Positions 1-12,991 of a DNA stretch of 44,614 nt are shown here, in pieces. The stretch covers positions 139,371,879 through 139,416,492 of the forward strand of contig NC_068982.1 of NCBI RefSeq assembly GCF_001194135.2, given 5' to 3'. The translations under genes were made by a program, and so were the position numbers. The notes beneath the pieces were generated by a model. The model saw nothing but the letters and a program-made list of their open reading frames with translations. It made no database searches and was not told where the DNA came from. Positions within the stretch are counted from its first letter, which is position 1; every line of letters begins with the position of its first letter. The stretch comes from Octopus bimaculoides (lineage: Eukaryota).

Positions 1-32
<32 letters not shown>
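1..32. repeat. (TA)n microsatellite (one of many TA tracts, e.g. 2016-2070, 4479-4526, 17276-17321, 26378-26422, 33892-33940)
   Basis: Direct reading of dinucleotide runs; most N gaps are flanked by such tracts. Confidence 0.99.
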
Positions 33-35
<3 letters not shown>

Positions 36-945
36 GAATGAATGTATACATGCATACATGAAATTATTGATGGAAATTTATATCTTCATATAAAATACTT
101 TTTCATACAAAAATATTTTACTGTGCATATTTTCACAAAGTGAGTTTTTAAAATCAAAACAAAAAGAAAATACAAATACAAAACCCAGGAAAATCTTGAA
201 ATTGAAATATTTTAGAGAATGAATATCAGTGCATGTTTCCACAAAAAAATAGTTTTACTGGAAAATGAAAAACATATTTTGTTAAACGGTTTACGTTGTT
301 TTCAGCTTATAAACTATAAATTATGAGGCATACATAGATATATTGCGCAGAATGATGGGCAAATATCTTCATCGTAGCCGCATGCGAACATATACTCCGT
401 AAGTAGACGAAAATTTGTGAAAAGCTGTCGGATGTAAAGCTATTGTAATGCAAAAAGGCAGCTTACGCTTCCTTACACTGATTCGGAATAAGAAGTAAAC
501 AAATGTCACACATTTATATGGCACTCTGTGCCACTCGCCCACTAATTCGACGTGAGTGCTGGTCATTTGACTGGACTTGTGGAAGCTTAGCGGTCGAAAT
601 TCTTTTGATAATCGATCATATACGCACACACACAAACACACGCAGAATATGTTAAATGAATACATTTTCTTTTAAATATTTTTTTTTATTTCACTAATCT
701 CAAGCATTGGACAGCAACCATGCTGTGGTTTTAGTCGAACAAATCTCCTCACTCTTTTTCAAAAGATTTGGTACATATCCTATTCATATTTTTTGTTGAA
801 TCGCAAAGTTCCGATGAGGTAAACAAACTAATAGTGGCTATTAAACATGGCTGGTTGTCTAACANNNNNNNNNNNNNNNNNNNNNNNNNNNNNNNNNNNN
901 NNNNNNNNNNNNNNNNNNNNNNNNNNNNNNNNNNNNNNNNNNNNN

Positions 946-1007
<62 letters not shown>
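946..1007. repeat. (CA)n microsatellite (others at about 2077-2120, 2606-2677, 2842-2946, 17405-17450, 22902-22966, 30288-30402, 38121-38192)
   Basis: Direct reading. Confidence 0.99.
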
Positions 1008-1010
<3 letters not shown>

Positions 1011-2017
1011 AGTTAGAGTCTTTATCTATTAAATTCGCTCCCGGTGTTATAATGGATTATATTTTCTCAAGAGGCTGAACCCGAAACTATATGGTTGAAA
1101 TTAATCTTTTTCCCCACACAATCATCTACAAACAGTAAATTAGAATTACCTTTTAAAATTCTTTAGATTAACTTTGTACACCTATGTTTTGTCGGTAATA
1201 AATTCGGCAACCCACTGACACTTGAAAGCTCGCTAGAATGTAATTCACTTCTAAAAAGTGTGTAACATTACATGCATTTGTTCTATATTTTTTCTGTAGC
1301 AGAGCAATAGTGTCTATATGCAGTACATTATAGTTCTAAGATCAACCATCTATAAACTGATATAACTTAACGCTACTAGACTATATCCTATTAACTCTTG
1401 TATGCAACGAATTCCAATAGTGACCATGAGCGAAAATGGATATTAGGAAAAAAAAAAAAAAGCATATTAAAAGTAGTCATACAATTACGGAGAAAATTTA
1501 CACGGCACCGCAAAAAGTATTGCAACAAAATTATCGAACAGATGTAGCGCGAACAATTTCCGTAACACGAGGGAGAAGAGCCAGGCATAATATTGCATAG
1601 AGGCACAAATACTCGTACACATACACAGAAATGTATAGAAGTTGATTCATTTTGAAAAATCATTTGGTGTCGTATAAATGAATACTTAAATGCTGCTTTC
1701 GTAGTGACCAGCAGTGATAAGATGTTCGCAAGTAGATTTTAGCTGTTTAGAATTGTGCATAAGTTTTATTTCGGTTTGTGGTTCAAAGATCTGGTTTTAT
1801 ATTACAAATGCGTATTCAGAGAAAATTTGCATAAACACGTGAGAATCTCTACTCTAGGTCTACTTAAGCGTATAATACAATTATATTTTCCTTTCCCTCG
1901 CTGTTTCATACTCTTTGTCTATCTATACACACATAGACACACGCTCAGATATACGTATACATACATACATACATACAAATATGTATATATACGTATATAT
2001 TTACATATGTCTATGAA

Positions 2018-2075
<58 letters not shown>

Positions 2076-2641
2076 CATACACACACACGCACACACACAC
2101 ACGCACACACACACACACACAAACATACGTCCACGCATTTCTGGCTCTCATTTTCGTTACACACACACGCACACACGCGCACACACATACAGGCGTATTT
2201 ATTTGTACCTATATACGTATGTATATATAAGCGTTAGTATATATGTATATTTATATTACAACAAATGTTTATATATGTCTACGTGTATGTGTGTATAGTG
2301 TGTGTGCGTGCGTAGGTATGTGTACGTTCGTGTGTGTTCAAGTTAGTAACCATGTGCTTCTGTCTTTGTATGCATGCAATTATCGCCACATGCATGTGCT
2401 CATTTTCCGAACGCAGATCTCCGTCTACTCCGATGCAAATAAATGAAATGAATTATGAAATTTATTTACTTCTGAGGCAAATCATTGCGTATTCTCTCTG
2501 ATGGTAATATTAGTGTGAGAAGGATGCTTCTCAGAGAGCATGGCTGCTACAAAATTCCACCGACTATGTCGCTGTTAAACCAGACCTATCTATAAAGTAG
2601 AAATTCACACACATACACACACACATACACACGCATTCACA

Positions 2642-2678
<37 letters not shown>

Positions 2679-3381
2679 AGATTTGAAGATTGCTTAATCA
2701 TATAGGTTTAAGTGCTTCATCAATATGTAATAAAGTTGAGCTTGCTTTAGAGATGCGAAACATAGGAGCTATTAAAATTCTCAGATGTTCCTTCACTGCA
2801 TAAACATGATAGGGAAAATGTCTGACTAAACGCTTTATGGCATACACACACGCACACACACACACACACGCACACGCACACACACGCACGCACACACACA
2901 CACAAATACACAAACACACACACACACACACATACAGACACACGCACTAATATATATTATTCCGAGTTTTCTCTTCCACACACTTGTGATTCGAAACAGA
3001 ACGGGGTGAGGCCTTGTTTGCTTTTAAATTTTATTTCCAGTCTGATAGNNNNNNNNNNNNNNNNNNNNNNNNNNNNNNNNNNNNNNNNNNNNNNNNNNNN
3101 NNNNNNNNNNNNNNNNNNNNNNNNNNNNNNNNNNNNNNNNNNNNNNNNNNNNNNNNNNNNNNNNNNNNNNNNNNNNNNNNNNNNNNNNNNNNNNNNNNNN
3201 NNNNNNNNNNNNNNNNNNNNNNNNNNNNNNNNNNNNNNNNNNNNNNNNNNNNNNNNNGTATGTATTTACGAATGAAAAGAAATATGCATGCATGTATCAA
3301 TATCTATAAATATGTGCGCTTGCATCTGTATAGGCATGTACATATAATATATATATATATATCTATGGTAGACCTTTTAAA

Positions 3382-3565
3382 GCGGTGAGTTGGTATAAAC
3401 GTTAGCACAGCGGGCGACATGCTTAGCGGTATTTCGTGTGCTGTTACATTCTGAGTACAAATTCCACCGTGGTAGACATTGTCCTTCATCCTTTCGGGGT
3501 CGATAGCGTAACGCCCTGGAGTCGATGTAATCGACTTAATCCCTTTGTCTTTCCTTGCTTGTCCC
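3382..3565 (+). mobile_element. tRNA-derived SINE, octopus-type, diverged copy
   Basis: Head GGTGAGTTGG..AAACGTTAGCAC..ATGCTTAGCGGTATTTCG, B-box-like TTCTGAGTACAAATTCC and central CTTCATCCTTTCGGGGTCGAT; alignable by eye to the copy at 24298-24524. Confidence 0.85.
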
Positions 3566-3667
<102 letters not shown>

Positions 3668-4476
3668 GCACACATATATGATATATTATGTAATATATAT
3701 ATATGTATACATAGATACGTACATGTAAATATATATATAGATATCATATATAATATATGTATGTATAAATGCATACATACATATATACAAACACACACAT
3801 ATGCATACCTACATATATGCATATATATATATATAGATATATTTATGCATACACGTATATATGCATACATTGAAGGATAGCAACATTGAAGGATTTGACG
3901 TAGCATAATAAAGGTAATTGCTTGCAATACGCTCTTGAAAATTGCTATACACCTTTATACTTTACTTTTTATTTAAATAAAGGAGTTTATCCTATTCACA
4001 AATCTCAGTGGAATATCATCGCTTATCAATTTACTTATTAGTGTTGCGAAATATATTGAATGTATTTCATAAGGAGGATTAGGTTATAGGAATCGATTAT
4101 TAATTCTCATTTCTATTCTTAAACATAATGCATCAGATCTATCTTTTTACTAAGAGGTTTTACTATGATGGCGGGTTAGTGTCGCAGGGTGTGGGTGGTC
4201 GCAAATTAGCTCATATTATTATGTAGTATATGACCTCAGTTGATCTAAAGTTCAAACGTTACGTGAGGAAATTGACGGCAAGACGATTATTGTGGTCCAG
4301 TAATATTCTTCTATATTTTTATACGTCACCATGATCTCATACTCGTTGGTAATGGCGATTAAGCGCATGATTAGGAGTAGGATGAGTAGGAAAAGTTGGA
4401 TGAGTAAGAGGAGGAGGAATAAATATGCAGAATGATACTGCACTAATTTGTTACTTATAAATATATGTGTATTGAA

Positions 4477-4529
<53 letters not shown>

Positions 4530-4953
4530 GATAAAGGAATGGAGGAAAAATAACAAATAGAAGTGTGTCTGTGGTGCTAAAAAGCTATTATTTAATTAGG
4601 TAAGATGTGGGTAAGAGTGAATTTACGGCTGTTTCTGTGTACCATAGTTGAGGTAAATATGTCTTTACCTCGTTGCAAATAGTAGACGTCATCAGAACGA
4701 AGCAGGCAGAGATAGACCTAGAGAAGAATAGAGCCAAAGTTGAGGGAGAAATCGGAAAAGGAAATGTTCAATGATTCGAAAGTGTTACATTTAATTGTGA
4801 TCAAAGTTCATTAAATCCATTGTGAAATATTTGAAAAATAGGGGTTGCTTGAATACGAAGTCTCGTAGCTAGTTATTAGCATGGCTTCCACGTGTCTTCC
4901 TGTTCAGCTGTTTGAACGTCGATGTAATCTGAGGGAGTTTTCCCTAGAGAGAG

Positions 4954-4988
<35 letters not shown>

Positions 4989-4989
<1 letters not shown>

Positions 4990-5107
4990 GAGGTGTGTAT
5001 GAAAAGTCTTGAGCCTCAAAAAACAAAAAATAAATAAAAACAAGACATGGTACAAGACTTCACGACTCAAAGGACTTGAAGGCTCAACACTTTTCATACA
5101 CCCCTCG
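4989..5107. mobile_element. 119-bp Tc1/mariner-type MITE
   Basis: 28-bp TIRs at 4989-5016 and 5080-5107 (CGAGG[T/G]GTGTATGAAAAGT[C/G]TTGAGCCT, 26/28 identical). TA flanks the left end and CA (decayed TA) the right; CGAGGG termini are typical of mariner elements. Confidence 0.85.
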
Positions 5108-8100
5108 CATACGTATGTCTGTATATGTGTGTATGTTTGTGTGTGCTTGCGCATGTGTGAGTTTGAAGTGAACTTGTAGTGAACATATGAACATTTACTC
5201 CAATATAAAACCAAAGATTTGTAGTTAATGCATTACTTATACACACCTGTCGTGCATGAAGACAAATTTAAGCATAATCATTTCAAAGCGACATTTTGAA
5301 TAGGAAACAGTCTTATGGGTTCAACTGTTATTCTACTCAATCGATCGACCATTCCGCCAATGAGATATCCTCTGCGTGGTCGATCACGCAACCAAATGTA
5401 GAATTTCTATCTTCTTTATATTACACCGTACTATATTTTTACAAGAAATGTATTGGATAATATGGCCATTGTAAAATAAAGGTGGAGACCATGGTTCGGA
5501 GCTCTTCTCAAAATAGGTCGACTGGACAAATTTAGACCTTGGGTTGAATAGATACAAGATAAATATTCATTTGTGTTGCATTAAACATTTGTATAGCAAT
5601 TTCTTTTTGCGCTTTTAGTAAATATTAAATAGAAAACACATACAGAGAAAAGTTAAGAGATTTTGGAAGAAATTGAGCTTATGTTATGACTTGTACGCAG
5701 ACCTAACAATTTGAACGGTCAAACGCCAAAAGACGAGAAACTAAAGGCGACCTGCAACGGCATGTAAAGATTAAAGGAAAGTGGCTTTCCGTAAGGAAGT
5801 GGAGAAGAATATGGTTTAAGGTAAAAATCTTAGTCAGAGGAAGACGAAATATAATCTCGCATTTGAGGAGATATTTCTAAAGTTCATTGTGATCGATAGC
5901 TCTTTGTTTTCTCAGAAGCAAGACATAGGCTGATGAATGTATGGAGAGAATTCAGCTTATGCTATTGACTTGTATGTAGCCCAAGCAGTTTGACTAGTCA
6001 AACCCAAAATGACGAGTCATCAGTGATAATTTGAGGAAATTGGTTGTTTCGGTGAATGGAAAGCAGCATAGTGCATGGAGTCTGTTGCTAGCATGCTGAA
6101 ACATAAAGCGACGTATATTAGATAACTTTTGCAAATACATCTGGGAAAATAATACACGTCATTTTATTCTGTATCTCGTTACACCTTCTATGTGTAGTTT
6201 TTACATAGTGAGAAAGAACCTAATATTAAGACATGGAATGTATTTCCTAACAACGACTTCACTAAACAGAAAATGAAAATAATATGGTTATACAACATCG
6301 CAAGAATATTAAAAAAATAAAGAACTATATATATATGTTTACACTCACAATACTCATGCGTAAGCTTTCTGTTTTTCTTCTGCCGATAAATAGATTTTCC
6401 AAAGAAATGTAGAAATAAACAAAATAGATGTTCTGTTTTCCTTCTGAAATCGATTAATTTCAGTACATCTTTACACACTTTTTGCCGTCTGCGTACGTTA
6501 TGCTTACTATAAGTTCTGCCTTTCGTCTCTCTGAACAAGACTTAAACACACTCACACACACAACACACACACAACAAAAACACACATATACACACATATA
6601 TAGCATAACAATCAAAATGCACAGCTATATGCAGTTGCATTCTTCAATTTGCACTTCCCTCATTAAAGTCAGCATGTTGCCCGGATAACAAACTCTGGTT
6701 GTAATCTCCAGAAGTTGATAAACACTATTCTTCGTGAGTTGTCCAAAGAATGAATCTTTTATAGTCACGTCAGCAATAAATTTACAGTTCTATTGCATTC
6801 CTTTGTATTCCTCAATGTTTTAATTACTTAATTGTCAATTTAAACCGTCCGATATTAACTTGCCAGCGCATTTGTGCAAAGTTTTCTCCTACGCCCATTC
6901 TCCCAGCCTATTTTTTTTTCTCGCCACGCATTCTCTCTCATATCCTCTATACATATACAGGCGTGCAAACACCCCGCCACCCCCACACACATACACCCAC
7001 ACAGACACACAAACACATATAAATGGGCAAGCGTATATGCATGTCTTGAGTACCTGCATGTGTACATAAGCGTATTCTTGTATACGTGTGTTTATACACA
7101 TTGATGCATGCATGTCTATATATATATNNNNNNNNNNNNNNNNNNNNNNNNNNNNNNNNNNNNNNNNNNNNNNNNNNNNNNNNNNNNNNNNNNNNNNNNN
7201 NNNNNNNNNNNNNNNNNNNNNNNNNNNNNNNNNNNNNNNNNNNNNNNNNNNNNNNNNNNNNNNNNNNNNNNNNNNNNNNNNNNNNNNNNNNNNNNNNNNN
7301 NNNNNNNNNNNNNNNNNNNNNNNNNNNNNNNNNNNNNNNNNNNNNNNNNNNNNNNNNNNNNNNNNNNNNNNNNNNNNNNNNNNNNNNNNNNNNNNNNNNN
7401 NNNNNNNNNNNNNNNNNNNNNNNNNNNNNNNNNNNNNNNNNNNNNNNNNNNNNNNNNNNNNNNNNNNNNNNNNNNNNNNNNNNNNNNNNNNNNNNNNNNN
7501 NNNNNNNNNNNNNNNNNNNNNNNNNNNNNNNNNNNNNNNNNNNNNNNNNNNNNNNNNNNNNNNNNNNNNNNNNNNNNNNNNNNNNNNNNNNNNNNNNNNN
7601 NNNNNNNNNNNNNNNNNNNNNNNNNNNNNNNNNNNNNNNNNNNNNNNNNNNNNNNNNNNNNNNNNNNNNNNNNNNNNNNNNNNNNNNNNNNNNNNNNNNN
7701 NNNNNNNNNNNNNNNNNNNNNNNNNNNNNNNNNNNNNNNNNNNNNNNNNNNNNNNNNNNNNNNNNNNNNNNNNNNNNNNNNNNNNNNNNNNNNNNNNNNN
7801 NNNNNNNNNNNNNNNNNNNNNNNNNNNNNNNNNNNNNNNNNNNNNNNNNNNNNNNNNNNNNNNNNNNNNNNNNNNNNNNNNNNNNNNNNNNNNNNNNNNN
7901 NNNNNNNNNNNNNNNNNNNNNNNNNNNNNNNNNNNNNNNNNNNNNNNNNNNNNNTATATATATATATATATGTATGTATGTATGTATGTTTAAAATTGCG
8001 TTTGTGTTTCAATTGAAGACGAAATACACATGAAATCGCACAAAGAACGTTGAAGTCAAATATTATAAAACTGTAACTTTAAGTTAATCAAAAAGAACAA

Positions 8101-8465
8101 AACTTATATACATATAAAAAAGCGAAAGCAAGTAGAATAGACGGCTCTGTTGATTGGAAGATATAAATTTTCTATGGAAACACTGAAATAATTGGAAGTG
8201 ATTGTCAATGGTGAGACGATATGAAGGAAAAAGAAGTGCTATGTTTAATAAGACTTTAACTGGCTTATGCATTTTATGTTTGAGTTTTCGTTGGTTTTTA
8301 TTCTTTGCCTTATTTGTATCATCACCGATGATATAGTTATTTGTGTTGTTCATCGTGAGAGTATAATAACGCAAGTAGTTTTATTATTGTGAGTTTTTAA
8401 GTTTGCTTTTATTGTGTTTTCTATTTGCTTTGCGAGTAATTGCTTCATTTGTATTTCTATGTTGT

Positions 8466-8892
8466 TGTGTGGTGTGTTTCATTATTGTTATAAATGGTGT
8501 TGTTTGCCTGGGCTGTGTTGAAGATTTTGCTAGCTTGGCGATTTGCCTCTATGCGTTTGCAGTTATGGGCATGTTGTGTGGACGCCCCCAGGCGATAAGT
8601 AGGTTAGTCCAATACGTATAAATAGCTAGACAATAAGCGTCGAGCAGAGCGGGAGAGCGGAAGAGCGAGGCAGAGCCGTAGGTTGACTAGATGTCGAGTT
8701 CGGTAGAGTCTAGTCGTCGGAAGTGAGAGTTGAGTAGAGGTCATCCACACGTGCGATATAACAGAGCATGTCGAATGTTTTTGTCATGCACTAGTTTTAT
8801 ACTGAACAAATGCTTCTCAATTGTGATCACAAGAAATGTTTCAGATATCGTTACCCATGCTTTCGTCATAAAATGAACCGTTAGACGTTACA
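8466..8892 (+). mobile_element. possible solo LTR
   Basis: TG...CA ends with a candidate 4-bp TSD TTGT (8462-8465/8893-8896), TATAAATA at 8617-8624, and a purine-rich GC-elevated segment after it. The left boundary is ambiguous in GT-rich sequence. Confidence 0.3.
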
Positions 8893-10017
8893 TTGTTGCT
8901 ATTACTAGCATATTTCTGGCCTTAAATAGTATTCCTCTTTCGTTCTTATATATAAGCTACGGCAAAATCACCTCTTATTCACCGTTAATGTTTCAACAGT
9001 AAATGCTCGGTGTACGACAGTCCAAATCATACTCCCAAAACTACGCTGACACACTACATATATGACGATTTCATTATCATCTACTTAATACCATTACTGT
9101 AATATTTTTGGCCGTTTGAAGTTTAGGAAGTTTTTCAGACGCAGACTACAAGACATCGTCTTGTTACGCTTCCTGTTAAATTTGTTTTTGTTTTTATTGT
9201 ACTTTCATATAAGCATCACGATTTCATTAAAAAGTATAGACTACAGTGATCAATCGTTCAATGAGACGGTGGATATTGATCTGTTACTTTCCATCATTTC
9301 AGCTTTCGGGTAGAAGCATCCTCTTTTGCGATTTGTGAATAAGGCTGCTGTAGCCATAGCCTTGCTCAATTTCAACCTTGATCGTGAATAATTAATATAA
9401 CAAACGCCTTCTCATCATTTAACATGTGAGAGACTATATTTTCTAAGGCATTTTTAATTCATTCAATACTATGAAATGTGCTTTAAGGAATATTTGTTTT
9501 CTGTTTCTAGCTAGTCAAGCTATCTCGTTGGTTTCCAGTTTGTCATGAGAGTAGGCATGAAACTTTAGTTACTTTTGTTTATAATAGTGGTTTTTAACCA
9601 ATGAAATACGTCAATGCTATTTTGGCACAGTTTCTGTTATTCCACATTACATGTATAATATAATTTCTTTTTTTTATTGCTCTTAATTATAGCCACAGCC
9701 TTGCAGCTACATCCCTGTCCTATCCTCATTACTATTCCAGTTGTTCGTATTGCCAGAATTCTATATAATTTATTTCTCTATAATGTACTAGTTTAACTCA
9801 TTCAACTGCGTCCATACTAAACACTACATCAAAACGTTTAAGCATTCAAATTGATCCATTCATTATTCAAAATCTCATATTATTCTATCAAAAACATTTT
9901 ATTCCACCAGTAAGTAACTGGAACGTAAATACAAACACAACGATATGCACACACATTCGTACAAACACATAAGAAAAACCTCCACGCACTTTATGTCTAT
10001 TGAATTAATGTACAAGT

Positions 10018-10128
10018 CATTGGTCGGTCCAATGTTATAGAAGACACTTGCCCGATGATGTACCACACGATGAGACTGAACCTAAAGCAACGTAGTTTCA
10101 AATCTGATTGCTTAACCCCACATCCACG
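10018..10128 (-). mobile_element. CORE-like tRNA-derived SINE fragment
   Basis: AGAAGACACTTGCCC...GAGACTGAACC...CTTAACC is the reverse complement of a tRNA-like head plus GGGCAAGTGTCTTCT core. Confidence 0.7.
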
Positions 10129-10534
10129 ACATTTTGTTTCGAAATAATTTTAAAAAAAGCGGTTATGTTTGTTCTGTTAGATAATTTCTTTCTAATAGCT
10201 TTCGTTTTTATTCATCACAGTCAGTAGTTTCTAACATTTGTTTTATACAACAATTATCTAAATCTATTTCCTTTGTCTCCCTGTGTTTGGTGTAAATATA
10301 TCCTGTGTACATAATATTCAAAGCGGAATAATATTTAATTTTTTATTTGATTATATCTCATAGCTCATTAAGCTATTAATTTATTATATCGAATCCAGTA
10401 AACAACTTGGATATTGTGTTTATACCCATTAATACTGTTGGATATTTTACCAGCTTTCCCTTGTCTCGTCTACCATTAGACATAAAGCTTTATTGTTTTA
10501 TTTTACGTGATTCTTATTGGTTTTAAATGAAGGT

Positions 10535-10760
10535 GTCTGGGGGTAGTGTTTAAGATGGTCACTTCATGTCCATACAGCTGTGGTTCAGTTCCGGAACAAA
10601 GCAGCGCAATGTGTCCCTTAAAATGACACGTCACCTCATGTCGACGCAGACTGCGTAGCTATAAATGGGTACTGACCAAGTGTTGCACCAACATCAGCTT
10701 CTCTCTCTCTCTCTCTCGTCAGCTGTCACATTCTTCCGTGTTCCAATGGGTCAACATTGA
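10535..10760 (+). mobile_element. diverged tRNA-derived SINE
   Basis: tRNA-like head (GGTAGTGTTTAAG...GTGGTTCAGTTCCGG) followed by TGTGTCCCTTAAAATGACAC and TAAATGGGTACTG core-like motifs. Confidence 0.5.
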
Positions 10761-11968
10761 GTGATGGCGAGAAAGTTTCCGTCATTTCTTGCAAACTACA
10801 TATGCACGAAAACAATTATCTAACAACATGATAAATCTCCAAAAGGTATTCTCGCTAGCAGTTCTCTATGTTCGGTAGTTTCTTTCACCGTTAAATTTGT
10901 CATGTCCAGTTATAGATTTATTTAACTTTTCTACACAATATTAACGTTAGATATATATCTTCAGGCATATTTATATTAACGTTGGTGTTAGTGGTATTCT
11001 ACTAGGTCTGACTCAATCTAATAATGGGTAAATACATTGCAGCTAACAATATATCATTCTAACGACTGAATTTTGGTATAAAAATATAAGTTTGCTATTC
11101 ATAACAAGTTAAACTTCCTTGAAGGAATTTACAAGCATTTTACCCGACTTTGTCTTTGGTTCCTAAAGATTTCTAAACTGTGAGCAACATATAAGAGATA
11201 CTTGCTCTCGGTAGAGACTAATGGGGCGCCTTAATGTTGTTTGATGCTGCAAACACTCTTTCCTGCTGGTAACTAAAGCAATTATATTGTTGAGAATCGT
11301 TGTATGTCTTCAGCAAGTAATTCAAGATTACAGTAATCTGGCACCTTTAGCGTGTATGCTTCACCTAAGTGGACACTGAAATATTATTCCATTTTTAATT
11401 TACTAAGGAACATTGTATTTCGGTTTGTCTTAAAACACGTGAAATGTAGAACCTGTTTACATCTAACAGAACGTACATCACCATATTATAACATCTCAAA
11501 CGAGGTAACTTATATACGCGGTAGACACTGTTTTGTCTCCATTGTTCACGGGCCATACTGTTAGAGACAGAGGATATCAGCTACGTTCACACGATATTTG
11601 TCTGTTGCTTAATGGACGACAGCGAGCCGGTCTGGTTGATGCTTCAAGATATATGGTATACTTCCAAGATAATTACGATAATGAAAATAAGATGAAAGAG
11701 AATAAAGAGCATGATGGCGTCCCTGCTGATTATGATGAAGATAATGAGAAGACGACGACGACGACGATGGCGACAATAGTGGCGAAGTTTCTTATGGCGT
11801 AAGAGGGGCTACAGACAGTGATTTGATTTGGTATGTATCGCCATACTTTTCAGAATAGCAACAACCAGCTTATCATTTGCACATTATGTGCGAAAGGGTA
11901 TAAAGAGTATTATATATGAACTACCTCCGTATATATAATATATAGGCAACTACAGCCATTGCTAAAGA

Positions 11969-12430
11969 GATGGAGGGTGCTAGTAAGCATCAGAATTGCT
12001 AGAAATAAGAGTCAAAACAACTTTTAGCCACAAGCAGAGCAATTTTCCGACGGCTGACAAAGGAGACAGGTTCTTTCCTTACGCAAGATGGACTAATATC
12101 AGCGTTGCTTTCAGATTTAACTAATCTTCATCAGTGACGCATTAAATAACCTAAGTCACCTTGTCAGCCTTATAGAGAATACCATAGGAAACATCGACTG
12201 ATTTCGAAAATGGAGAAGTGAGAATTATAAAATATTACGGTGGTTATTCGCAATTTAGAACCGATAGGTAACAAGTACAGTTGATACTAAAATGATGGAG
12301 GGTGCTAGCAAACACCAGCATTACTAGAAATAGAAGTCAAAGGAACTCTTAGACACTTACAAATTGATGTTTCCTGTGGTGTTCTCTATAAGGCTGACAA
12401 CGTGACTTAGGTTCTTTAATCCTCAGCGAC
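11969..12430. mobile_element. direct plus inverted repeat cluster, PLE pseudo-LTR-like, with hammerhead-like relic
   Basis: Copy 1 at 11969-~12140 and copy 2 at 12294-~12430 both start GATGGAGGGTGCTAG. Segment 12148-12195 is an inverted copy of 12366-12413 (45/48 identical). Confidence 0.6.
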
Positions 12431-12527
12431 GGAGTAATATATTGTAAAGATCGCTCACTGATTTGTAACAAGTAAAATAGCAAGTTGAATAATCTTCAAA
12501 TGAGATCAGAGTAGTAACTATACTAAA

Positions 12528-12991
12528 AAGTAAAGTCAGTTGCCACATCAAAGTGGCTGTTCCGTGTTACTACTAGTTTAACCCTGGGTAAATTCTCCGC
12601 CAGCTGGCTATCGGTGCGACTCTGATTTTACTGTTTATTATAATTACTATTCGGATGGCTTCTTGACATTTTACAACTGGCTATTTTGCTTGTTGCAAAT
12701 CAGTGACCAATGGTGGCTTTGTTTACTGTATATTGTTGGCTGGAGCGGACTCTGGCTAACGTATTGGCGGACAGGTGCTCGCGACTGAGTACGAGCCAAA
12801 TAGCTCGAAACTGAATCAGTTTGCCGATCATGTCTGTTAGAGTATAGTAGGGGTCCGCTCCCCCTGCTAACAGTATATTGCATAGAAAGAGTGCAGAAGT
12901 GACACCTATAACCAGCTGGCGGAGAATTTACCTAGGGTTAAACTAGTAGTAACATGGAAAAGCCACTTTGATGTTGCAACCGACTTCACTT
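12528..12991 (+). mobile_element. hammerhead-tipped hairpin element with inverted partial copy (PLE pseudo-LTR / retrozyme-like)
   Basis: Inverted arms at 12528-12624 and 12894-12991 (74/80 identical over the outer 80 nt), an internal rod-like hairpin at 12729-12877, and homology to 39806-39893. The right end runs into an N gap. Confidence 0.7.
12781..12825 (+). ncRNA. degenerate type I hammerhead ribozyme relic
   Basis: CTGAGTAC (decayed CUGANGA) - stem II GAGC-caaata-GCTC - GAAA - CTGAA - TC - AGTTTGCC. The core is not canonical, so it is probably inactive. Confidence 0.5.

Noticed and set aside
4252-4443. Hydrophobic 63-aa ORF resembling a signal peptide
   Set aside because: The Leu-rich stretch derives from a degenerate CCT/CAT simple repeat.
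7086-8033. Long ORFs in the track spanning N gaps (also 26660-27616, 30801-32153, 35165-35837, 36629-37404, 38973-39826)
   Set aside because: Length comes from X residues and poly-IY/CV/TH translations of microsatellites; no coding evidence.
11533-11802. 89-aa ORF with acidic and poly-Thr stretch
   Set aside because: Explained by GAT/GAC trinucleotide-rich low-complexity sequence; no domain recognised.
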